Source of the DNA: Halocafeteria seosinensis
Taxonomy: Eukaryota
NCBI GenBank assembly: GCA_001687465.1
Contig: LVLI01000088.1
Coordinates: forward strand, 1 to 54,220
Direction of reading: 5' to 3'
Length of the DNA: 54,220 bases
Shown piece by piece: positions 1-9,200 of the stretch. The notes below the pieces were generated by a model. The model saw only the letters and a list, made by a program, of their open reading frames with translations, had not been told where the DNA came from and did not search any database. Positions within the stretch are counted from its first letter, which is position 1; each line of letters starts with the position of its first letter. A program made the translations under genes and the position numbers.

Positions 1-2697
1 CTATTAGGTGCTAACGGTAATCACGCTAGAGTTTATTGTAGCAATTGCCTACAGTCGTTTGAAAATGAAACAGCTCTTCAAGAACATCAACAAGATAGTT
101 GTCTTAAAAATCCAAGTGCTAGACCTATTATGCCTAAAAAGGGTGAACATTATTTAAAGTTCACCAATTTTCACAAACAATTAAGACTTCCTTTTGCTAT
201 TTACTCTGATATTGAAAGCAGTTTAGTGGAGTGTTATAAACAAAAAGGTGACAACCCGCAAAACATTCTGACACACGAACACATCCCAAACAGTATTAAC
301 GCCGTATTGGTCTCTGTTCTTCCAGAATTTAATGAACAAGTGGTTTTCTACTCCGATACTGAAGGTGACTGTATCATCAAATATATTAATTGGTTGGTTG
401 AGAAAGAACAAGAACTAAAAGATATTGTCTTTAACCGATATGTTCCTTTACAAATGACAAAAGAAGATGAAAAAGATTTCCGACAGTCTACTCATTGTTA
501 TATTTGCCACAAAGAATTAGATCGTTCTCCTCACCGTGACCATTGTCATTTAACCGGTAAATATAGAGGAGCTACTCACGCAGGTTGTAACTTAAACAAA
601 AAATATAAAGATAGGTTTATTATTCCGGTTATCTTCCATAATTTGAAAGGGTATGACAGTCATCTATTAATTAAACAGTTAGTTGATTATTCTAAAACAA
701 ATAACCGAAAATTTAACGCACTTCCTCAAAATGTTGAAAAATTTATAACCTTTGGTCTCGGACGCTTCAGATTCGTTGATTCTTTCGCTTTTATGGGTTC
801 CTCTATCAAAAATTTAGTTGACAATTTGAAAACTAAAAACGACGAAAGCTTATTTGCGAACTTTAATTCTTATTTCTCTGACTATAGCCAAGAAAATATT
901 GAACTCCTTCGACAAAAAGGTGTTTATCCCTATACTTGGTCAAACGGTGATCCCGAAAGAATGAACTATAACGCTTTGCCTCCTAAGAGTGCTTTTTTCA
1001 ATGATTTAGATGAAGAAGAAATTAGTGATGAAGACTATGAACACGCTCAAAAAGTTTGGGATAGATTTGGTTGTCAAACCTTCAAAGATTATCACGAACT
1101 CTACTTAATGACTGATACTTTACTACTCGCTGATGTTTTTGAAGAATTCCGTAATCTATGTATGAAAAATTATCAATTAGACCCTTGCTGGTATCTGACC
1201 GCACCCGCTTTATCTTGGGACGCTTTCTTGCTCAACATTAGCGGAAAATACAATATAGAACTGTTTCACGAAGGTCAATACGAGATGTTGACGTTTGCCG
1301 AAGACGGAAAACGTGGCGGTGTTAGTATGATTAGCACGAAACGATATGCTAAAGCTAATAACCCCTATATACCAGAAACCTATAAGCCAGAAGAAAATAC
1401 AAGTTATCTTTATTATGTGGATGCGAATAATCTCTATGGTTGGGGTATGGTTCAAAAGCTACCGGCTGGAGGGTATGCTTGGGAAAATCCAGAAGAATTT
1501 CATAAAAACTTTATCCTAAACTATGATAAGAATTCTTCACGAGGGTATTTCTTAAAAGTTAAGCTGAGATATCCGAAAGAACTTCACGATCTACATAATG
1601 ATTTTCCTCTGGCTCCCGAAAATACAAAAGGTGAATATAGCCCGCATATGAAAAATATAGCCGAAATCTTAGGTGATAAAAAGAATGGAAATGATAATAA
1701 ACTTATTCCTAATTTGTATGATAAGGATAAATATGTTGTTCATATCCGTAACCTCCAATTCTATCTTGAGCAAGGTATGGAGTTAGAAAAAGTTTACAGC
1801 GTTCTCGGCTTTCGTCAGGAACCCTTTATGAAAGATTACATTGAACTTAATAGCCAACTGAGAATGAAAGCAAAAGATGATTTTGAGAAAAACTTATTTA
1901 AACTGATGAACAACAGTATTTTTGGTAAGACTATGGAAAATGTTCGCGGTTATAGCAATATTAAGGTCTGTACCAGTGAAGAATACCATCAAAAGCTAAC
2001 CAAGAAACCAACCTATAAGCAGAGTTATATTATTGAAGATGATAAACTCGTGTTGTTAGATATGAACAAAGAAACCATCAAATTTGATAAGCCTATCTTA
2101 ATCGGTAGCTCTATTTTAGATTTAAGCAAATTGCTGATGCAGGACTTTCACTATAATTTTATTAAAGCAATGTATGGAAATAATGCCAATCTCTGTTTTA
2201 CTGATACCGATTCATTCTGTTATCATATTCAGACTAAAGACTTATACAAGGAAATGGAACCCTATAAAAATTCACATTTTGATTTCTCAGATTATCCCAA
2301 AGACCACTTCCTTTATTCTGCTCAAAATAAAAAGAAAGTCGGGTTTATGAAAGATGAAACGAATAGTGTTCCTATGTCTGAGTTCTGTGGTTTGAGAGCT
2401 AAGCTTTATAGTTTCTTAACTCGGGATGAAGAAAACGAGAAAAAGGCTAAAGGTGTCAAAAAAGCTGTTGTACGCAAGCAAATTAGACATCAAGATTATG
2501 TGCGTAGTATTTTCGGGACAACTGCTGAAGAAATTCAGAAGACGGTTAAGTTTAAACAAATCAGCAGTTTCCACCATAGCGTCTATACTCATCAAGCTGT
2601 AAAATCTGCTCTATCTCCTCTGGATGATAAACGCTACGTTCTTGAGAATGGTGTTGACACTTTAGCTCTTGGACACTATAAGACTCTTGAGAACTAA
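1..2697 (+). CDS. polB: Protein-primed family B DNA polymerase (Polinton pPolB), 5'-partial, with N-terminal Zn finger and endonuclease VII/HNH-like insertion
   Basis: Frame is open from base 1 (YCSNCLQSF...EHQQDSC Zn finger upstream of Met 130). Exo motifs YSDIES, FHNLKGYD, YLMTDTLLLAD; Pol motifs YVDANNLYG, KLMNNSIFGK, FTDTDS; insertion CYIC...RDHCHLTGKYRGATHAGCN. Confidence 0.95.
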   Translation, partial: LLGANGNHARVYCSNCLQSFENETALQEHQQDSCLKNPSARPIMPKKGEHYLKFTNFHKQLRLPFAIYSDIESSLVECYKQKGDNPQNILTHEHIPNSINAVLVSVLPEFNEQVVFYSDTEGDCIIKYINWLVEKEQELKDIVFNRYVPLQMTKEDEKDFRQSTHCYICHKELDRSPHRDHCHLTGKYRGATHAGCNLNKKYKDRFIIPVIFHNLKGYDSHLLIKQLVDYSKTNNRKFNALPQNVEKFITFGLGRFRFVDSFAFMGSSIKNLVDNLKTKNDESLFANFNSYFSDYSQENIELLRQKGVYPYTWSNGDPERMNYNALPPKSAFFNDLDEEEISDEDYEHAQKVWDRFGCQTFKDYHELYLMTDTLLLADVFEEFRNLCMKNYQLDPCWYLTAPALSWDAFLLNISGKYNIELFHEGQYEMLTFAEDGKRGGVSMISTKRYAKANNPYIPETYKPEENTSYLYYVDANNLYGWGMVQKLPAGGYAWENPEEFHKNFILNYDKNSSRGYFLKVKLRYPKELHDLHNDFPLAPENTKGEYSPHMKNIAEILGDKKNGNDNKLIPNLYDKDKYVVHIRNLQFYLEQGMELEKVYSVLGFRQEPFMKDYIELNSQLRMKAKDDFEKNLFKLMNNSIFGKTMENVRGYSNIKVCTSEEYHQKLTKKPTYKQSYIIEDDKLVLLDMNKETIKFDKPILIGSSILDLSKLLMQDFHYNFIKAMYGNNANLCFTDTDSFCYHIQTKDLYKEMEPYKNSHFDFSDYPKDHFLYSAQNKKKVGFMKDETNSVPMSEFCGLRAKLYSFLTRDEENEKKAKGVKKAVVRKQIRHQDYVRSIFGTTAEEIQKTVKFKQISSFHHSVYTHQAVKSALSPLDDKRYVLENGVDTLALGHYKTLEN

Positions 2698-2715
2698 GTT
2701 ATACAATATAGAAAA

Positions 2716-3693
2716 ATGTCTAGTCGTAGACAAGCCGATCCAGAAGTTCGTCAATTAACCAAGGAACTATTCAAAGGCGTAAAACGTAAATTCCCGAGAC
2801 GAAAAGTCATCTCCGGAGGCTTACATAATATCATTGCTTTAGATTTGCTAGATATGTCAGATGTGAAAGATGATAACCGAGGTTTCCGATTTATTCTGAA
2901 CGTTATTGAGCTTCATAGTCGGTTTGCTTTCGCTCTACCCTTGAAAACAAAACAAGGTTCTGAGATGGTAGAGGTTTTAAAACAATTATTAAAGAAAGTC
3001 AAGCAGAAACCTAATTTTATTTGGGTAGATAAAGGAAGTGAATTTTTCAATCAGCAAGTTCTTAATTTTCTGGAAGATGAAGGAATTCAAATCTACAATA
3101 CAACCGGACGCACCAAAAATTCTATTGTAGAACGCTTTAATCGTACTCTTCGGGAGAAAATGGAAGAAGAATTTTCAAACCAACGAGACTTTAATTGGTT
3201 AGATGTTTTGCCAGAACTAGTGAAAGAGTACAATACTACAGTTCATTCTACCGTCGGAGCAAAACCGAAAGACGTTTACAAAGGAAAAGCCAGAGCTAAC
3301 CCTATTAATATTTTTCCCGAAGACCTTGAGAAGAAGAAAAAAAGAAAACCTAAGTTTAAAGAAGGAGATAGAGTACGCAAGATAAAAAAGAAGAATATTT
3401 TTGAGAAAGGAACTCGGGTGAAGTGGTCAGAAGAAATATTTGAAATCGCAGAAGTCAAGCGAACAGACCCAATCACTTATAAGCTACAAGATTTAGATGG
3501 ACAACGGGTTGAAGGTACCTTTCACGAACCAGAACTGCAGAAGACAAATCAACAAGAATTTTTAGTTGAAAAAGTCTTACAACGTAAAAAGATAAATGGA
3601 AAAAAGTTTGTTTTAGTAAAATGGGTAGGCTTCCCAGAAAAATTTAATCAGTGGGTTCCAGAGAAACAGGTTCGAGATATTCAGCCAAAATAA
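2716..3693 (+). CDS. Retroviral-like (rve/DDE) integrase with C-terminal chromodomain, Polinton type
   Basis: DDE triad in ALDLLDM, WVDKGSEF and SIVERFNRTL; Polinton-like RKFPRRKV and KFKEGDRVR segments; chromodomain EFLVEKVLQRK...VLVKWVGFPEKFNQWVP. Confidence 0.95.
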   Translation: MSSRRQADPEVRQLTKELFKGVKRKFPRRKVISGGLHNIIALDLLDMSDVKDDNRGFRFILNVIELHSRFAFALPLKTKQGSEMVEVLKQLLKKVKQKPNFIWVDKGSEFFNQQVLNFLEDEGIQIYNTTGRTKNSIVERFNRTLREKMEEEFSNQRDFNWLDVLPELVKEYNTTVHSTVGAKPKDVYKGKARANPINIFPEDLEKKKKRKPKFKEGDRVRKIKKKNIFEKGTRVKWSEEIFEIAEVKRTDPITYKLQDLDGQRVEGTFHEPELQKTNQQEFLVEKVLQRKKINGKKFVLVKWVGFPEKFNQWVPEKQVRDIQPK

Positions 3694-3762
3694 TTAATAT
3701 AAATTAATATAAAATTGTATTAGAGACTATAGTATTATATGATATTATAATAAAAAAAAAAA

Positions 3763-4266
3763 ATGCCAAAAACAAAAATAGATTATTCAAAAGCTATGAT
3801 TTACAAGTTGTGTTGTCTTGACCCTGAAATTAAAGAGGTTTATGTTGGAAGTACAACAAGTTTTAAGCATCGTAAAACTCAACATAAAAATTGTTGTACA
3901 AATCCTAATGTTAAAGGTTATAATTATTATGTTTATCAATTTATCCGCGAAAACGGTGGGTGGATTAACTGGACTATGATAAAAATTGAAGACTACCCGT
4001 GTGAATCAAAAATAAATTTAGATAAACGAGAACGAGAAATTATTGAAGAATTAGGAGCTAGCTTAAATAAACAAGTTCCTAGTAGAAGTAAAGAAGAATG
4101 GGAAAACGAAAACAAAGAACATATTAAGAATCATAATAATGAATATTATGAAAAAAATAAAGAATATATACATCAAAAGCTAAAATGTGAATATTGTGAA
4201 AAATATTATACAAGATGTCATAAATTAAGACATCAACGAAGTGAAACGTGTATAAAATATCAATAA
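3763..4266 (+). CDS. GIY-YIG endonuclease-like protein with C-terminal Cys/His zinc finger
   Basis: MIYKL...VYVGST...HRKTQH and a later REREIIEE...LN match the GIY-YIG core; CEYC...RHQRSETC finger at the C-terminus. Confidence 0.85.
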   Translation: MPKTKIDYSKAMIYKLCCLDPEIKEVYVGSTTSFKHRKTQHKNCCTNPNVKGYNYYVYQFIRENGGWINWTMIKIEDYPCESKINLDKREREIIEELGASLNKQVPSRSKEEWENENKEHIKNHNNEYYEKNKEYIHQKLKCEYCEKYYTRCHKLRHQRSETCIKYQ

Positions 4267-4331
4267 AAAAAAATTAACTTCAAGAAAATTAATTCATTAA
4301 TATAAAGAATAAAATAAGTAAAATTTGTAAC

Positions 4332-4412
4332 ATTAACTTTTGAGTGAAATTTTTTAAAGTAACATTTTGAATTAACTTTTGAATGTAATTTTAAATATAA
4401 AGTAACATTTGT
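4332..4412. repeat. Imperfect AT-rich tandem duplication (~40-bp unit, 2 copies)
   Basis: attaacttttgagtgaaattttttaaagtaacattttga (4332-4370) versus attaacttttgaatgtaattttaaatataaagtaacatttgt (4371-4412). Confidence 0.7.
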
Positions 4413-4429
4413 ATTTAAAAAATTATAAT

Positions 4430-4798
4430 GGGGAGTTTTCTCCTAGTTCCATAGGGAGCTGGGGAGTTATCCCTGTGAGTCTGGGGTTAATCCCGTAAAT
4501 GATTTTTATGATGTGTCAATGGCTCTATCTATACTACCACTCGTGGAAGGAGGGAGGGAAGGGGAAGGCTTTGTGGAAAGAGCGATGATTGATTAAGCCA
4601 ACTAATCATAGCTCTTATATAAAGGCCTTCCTCCTTCCCCTCCTTCCCCTAGATAAAAATACCGGTATAAAGTCAAAGAACACGGCCTTATAACAACCCC
4701 CTGAGATCAAAACCATGGATCGGGGTGGTAGATAATAGAAAGATACCAACCCCTAGTGGGTACGAGTCTGAAGCCCTTGACTCACAGGGGCGAGGACT
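4430..4798 (+). repeat. Putative terminal-inverted-repeat region of the Polinton, with nested internal inverted repeats (possible structured RNA/ssDNA)
   Basis: Nested stems 4471-4481/4779-4789 (perfect 11 bp), 4524-4542/4723-4739, 4545-4575/4618-4647 and 4578-4590/4604-4616. The partner TIR is outside the window, so TIR status is inferred. Confidence 0.6.
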
Positions 4799-4804
4799 CA
4801 CGTG
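4799..4804. other. Candidate 6-bp target-site duplication CACGTG
   Basis: Immediately follows the ...ACT candidate terminus; Polinton integrases typically leave ~6-bp TSDs. The second copy cannot be seen. Confidence 0.45.
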
Positions 4805-6237
4805 AAGTACGATTTACGTTTTTGTTTGTAAATTCTCGCGGGTGATATGAAACTGTGTGTGAGGGTTCCAGGTAAACTAGAAATTCTGTCGATGAAAGGG
4901 TATCGATATGTAGAGCGCGGTATGTCTAACTTGGATATCATGGGCGTTAAACTCACTGTAATCCACATATGTGCTTTGTTTACATATGCGACAAGGCTAT
5001 GACTAAAAATGTGGAAACTGCAACTTGGGGGTTAGGGAGTCACCCCATGAACTCTGTGTTCTGTGGCCGGTTCTGTTGCCTGCGAGGCCGCCACTGAGTA
5101 CGTCATGGCAGAACTTGAAAGATCGCACGTGCACTGAATAGAGGATCATATCTACTGCTGCTTTACAAAAAGTGGGCATCCTCTTGGATAATTGTGCACT
5201 ACCATTTGGGGATATGGAAAATTCCTCCTGCTCCGACCCGTAAAAGTCGCGATCATGGGTATATTTTACCAAAGGAGTAATGCGACGGTACATGTTATAT
5301 GTTAAATGTTTAGTTTTCGAGCTGTCTTACTTATTTTGTGCTTCCACAACCGTAGTTTGCGACAATTACCGTGGTGGAAGGTTGCGGTATCTGCGAGGGG
5401 AGACCATAGGCTCCCCTGACACGATATATCGCGCACCCCATGAGTCTTTTTGTTGCCCCACATATTCCCCAGGACCGATCCCGTGCGTCATCGAACCCCT
5501 CCACGACCTTTTTTGTACTTCCTAATCTTCCCGTTTCCGTTAGCTTCAAGAGACAGTGATTCCCTAACGTTTATATTTATGATCCTCAAAGGATTTGAAT
5601 GGACAGCTTTGGGTGGAAGGTTGTTATGTAGGATACGTGTATCATATGGGATGTTTTGGAATTCTGTAAGTATGCCCATGCAAGAGCTTGCCTTGTTACA
5701 AAATTTGGTGGGGAATGCGGCGCTTGAAGCGCGAGCAAGGAGAAAGAGCCTCAGATAAATATGTTTTCTCTCGTTTTCGTCCATTCCAAGTGCACCATGA
5801 TATTCTCCTATGTTTTTGCTCCATTTTGATGTATTCTACGTTTTTATATGGGTCTTGTTGAGGGAAGGAATATGGATCGAAAGTATGAACTCCACGGCGG
5901 TAACCTCCCCTCATGTTCCCCTGAATTTTGCCGCCGGGGCATGGTGGGTGTGTCTTAAAGGAATTTTCAAGACTGCCATTTGTTTTTCGGCGTAGATGGC
6001 CAGAAGTCTTGACATTTTTTGAAGGGCTTTATAGGTGGTCTATGCGTTTGGGCGTGGAGATTGTCTTGCACTTTTTGTTTGGAAATCTTTGTGCGTGTAT
6101 TTTTGAGGGGGCAACAGAGGGGGGCCAAAAGCCTGGACTGACCGAAGACACGTGTTCATCGCTTTTCTTTCCCTTCCATGTTGTACAGTAACCTAGATTG
6201 GCTGTAGGCATACGGAGGCACGTTAGACTAGCTCAAA

Positions 6238-9200
6238 ATGTCGCTCCAGCTCGTAGGAGAACCTGTGAAGAAAAAAAACAAAGAGATTTACCAGACGGTG
6301 GAACTGGTGTTCCCGGGGAAGAAGGGGGCGAAGAAACAGCCACCAATTGAAGTTGAAGTTGGCGATCCTGTTTTGATTCATGCTGGAAAGGGTGCAAAAC
6401 CATACATCGCCTTGTTAACTAAGTTGTATCGAGACACTGTAAGTGCATCGCTTGTTTCGTTGTCGCTCTGAAATATGACGGGAGGAAACAAATTTTGGAA
6501 GACGACTTCTTTCCGCACGGCGTTATATATCCGAAATTCCGAATGTATCTGCAGACACGGAATGAAAGCTTGATCAAATGCCGATGGTTTTACCGCGTTT
6601 CGGACGTCCCTCACAACGTTCGCAAGACGAAGAAACTGAAGGTGCGGTCTTGCATGCTTTTCCGACTACGTGCTGAAGTCTAATGGTTTGCCGTGCTGTG
6701 CAGAACAACGAAGTACTGCTGTCAAACATCGAGGACGTAAATCCACTTGAGAGTATCAAAAACATCGCTTACATAACGTTTTATGGGACGGACAGAACTA
6801 TTCAGCCGAGGAAAGTTGACCATGCCAGGGATGTTCCCTACTTCATTTGCAGAAGGATTTTTATGGCCAAGAGCTTGAAGATACGACCGCTTGTAGTTTC
6901 GGAGATTTCCGTCTTGGGTGTGGATACAAAACAATCTCAAAGATCTCAAGACGCGGAATCCATGGAGCGAAATAAAGGTACATTTCTTGCAGAAATTCTA
7001 TCTTTTCTGTGTGCATAATGAGCGCCTCTGTTGTGTCACAGCTCCGGATCCCATTTCGCAAGCACGTTCTCATGTAGAAGATTCTACAGACGATGCACTA
7101 ACCACAAACAGGTCGGAGACTGAAGTTGTATCAGTCTCAAATGACAGAGCTGTTGTGGAAAGCATGCATGAGACCAGAGGATTGGAAGGTGTATATGAAG
7201 TAGCAAAAACGGACACAAATACATCGGATGCCGACCACGCTGTCCCAATATCAGAAGCTGGTTCAGGTTCTGCTGGGGAGAAAGAAAATGTAGATCTTAC
7301 TGCCGAGCCGACTGTTGGGACTTCAGAAACTTCCGAGTCCTTTGACGCTTATTCTGCCTCCAAAACCGAGAAGAACGCATCCCAGCGTCAACAAAGGGAA
7401 CAAGAATCAGGGGAGAGGAGAAATGAACGTGATGCCTGGGACAATGCAGAGAGCGACTCACACTCTACTGGTTCGGGTAGAATGATTGAGGAGATCGATC
7501 GAAGCAACATATCCAGCTACTCGAACGACGAAAGTGTGGATACAGAAATCTCCTCGTTAGCAGCCTTGACTTCTCAGGGCTCGGCTACCGCCGCATCTAA
7601 CTCTAAGACTTTATTTGGCGAGCGGTGGGCGGACCTAGCGGAATCTTCAGCTGCTGGTAGAGTTCCTCTTCGCAGGGATATTTTAATCCGCAAGAAAGAA
7701 AGGAAGCCCCAGCACTTGAAGATGATGAATAAGGAAAATGGATATGAGAGGACTGAATCTCGAGTAGGAGATCGATATCAGGTATGTTAGTTGCTGCTAG
7801 CCTACCCGCAGAACCCGTTCATTTAGCTGTCATTCGCAGGCACCCATTCCTCCTCTTAGTGGAAGCACTACCCCGAAACTGGTTGAAGAGCGAGGTTGCG
7901 CTTGGTCTCCGCCGGGAAACGAATCCGTGGATAAAGAAACTATTAGCCGGTACTTGCGGTCCGTGGTCCAGGTGATTCACTCCGTGTACATTGGTGTGCG
8001 CGTTGGAGCATTCCATCCTAAGCTGCGCCGATTTTGTCCAGGAGTAATCGTAGCGATTCGCCTTCCTCCATCTGTAGCAACCCACTCCAGTGAGTTCTGT
8101 CGCAAAGACTATTCTCTCTATCCAGGAACCGTGGTAGACGTTTTGTTTGATAAGTCTGATACTTGTGTTCGGTATGATGCAAGGGACGTGGAAGTAGGAG
8201 ACACGTACCGGAGCGTGTCAGAAGAAGCCGCCCTTGAAATCCTAATGGATCATAACTATGACGTTGGTAATGCTCTGAAAAAAGTGTCGCATGTGCACGC
8301 ATCTCACCTGGAACACAAGGAGTTTATTCCCCATCTAGATGGAACAGAAGGACCTTCTCCGCTTCGAGTCTTAGATTATAAACCACCTCAAGTCCGTGTA
8401 AACTCCTATCTAGACGTCACAACGCCGAATTTCTCTACGGAAAAGGCGCGGACAGGGAGCAACTCGGATTCGGAGTCCGTGTCAAGCGGGAATTCCGTCC
8501 CGGAATCTCGGGGCAAGGATGAGAATGAGAAGGGAACAAAAGGCGATAACCAGTTTAAAGTAGGCGAAGATATTACTCAACAAATGATCCTCCGAGCGCT
8601 CTTGACGCTTCCTCCAGGATGGACCGCTGAAGAAAAACACCTTTATTCCGTTGGATTTAATCGCTACGGAAAGAGTTTTCACCGTATCCATGCCCTAATG
8701 TGTCGTCAATTGGGTTGGTCGGAAACCAATACGAGGGCTCTGGCCCAAACAGAGTGGAAACGAGGTTCTCTGGCCAGCGTGCTTCGCCCGAAGGATATGT
8801 GCCATGATACCCAAGAATCGAAAACCGTTAACGATTTGGTATGGTTCTACTATACAACAAAATATCAGCGTAGGTTTGTGGACGCTCCTGCAATGGATAG
8901 TGCTACGAGTGTACTAAGCTATTATGGAACCCTACGCGCCGGCAGACCTTCTGTAGCATCTTACGTATCAGCTTCGACTGAAGTTGGCCCTTCTTTGTCA
9001 TCGGTTAACCGCGCCAATTCTAACACGGAGGACTCTGGTCACACAGATTCTGTTGATGACACTCCCCAACAAGGGGAGGAGAGTACTGATTTAGATGAAA
9101 GCGTAGCCCAAGATAGACCTCGTCGCTTGGCGTCTTCGATGCGCCAAGCATCTGGTCTTGGTTACTCGGAAAATATCTTGTCGGTTGCCAGCACTAATTA

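Larger units (their letters stand above)
1..4798 (+). mobile_element. One end of an integrated Polinton/Maverick-like element (endogenous Polinton-like virus); the remainder lies left of the window
   Basis: Intronless, tightly packed, visibly AT-rich block with pPolB + rve integrase + GIY-YIG. It is followed by a non-coding terminal segment ending GAGGACT (Polinton-type 5'-AG...CT-3' end), then a shift to host-like composition. Capsid, ATPase and protease genes are not in the window. The exact end is inferred. Confidence 0.9.

Noticed and set aside
2698..3762. Mavirus/CroV-type late promoter TCTA upstream of element genes
   Set aside because: No TCTA in the spacers before either ATG on the coding strand.
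4327..4500. CRISPR-like array
   Set aside because: Only two or three degenerate units (including GGGG(A)GTT..TCC), with no regular unique spacers and no cas genes.
4430..4798. Group I intron or hammerhead ribozyme associated with the GIY-YIG gene
   Set aside because: No recognisable group I core or CUGANGA/GAAA hammerhead core, and no interrupted host gene.
4805..6211. Possible minus-strand host gene (HTFDPYSFPQQDPY faintly recalls ciliary proteins)
   Set aside because: Could not build a consistent exon chain, and the candidate ATG is only 26 bp from the next gene's ATG; not called as a CDS.
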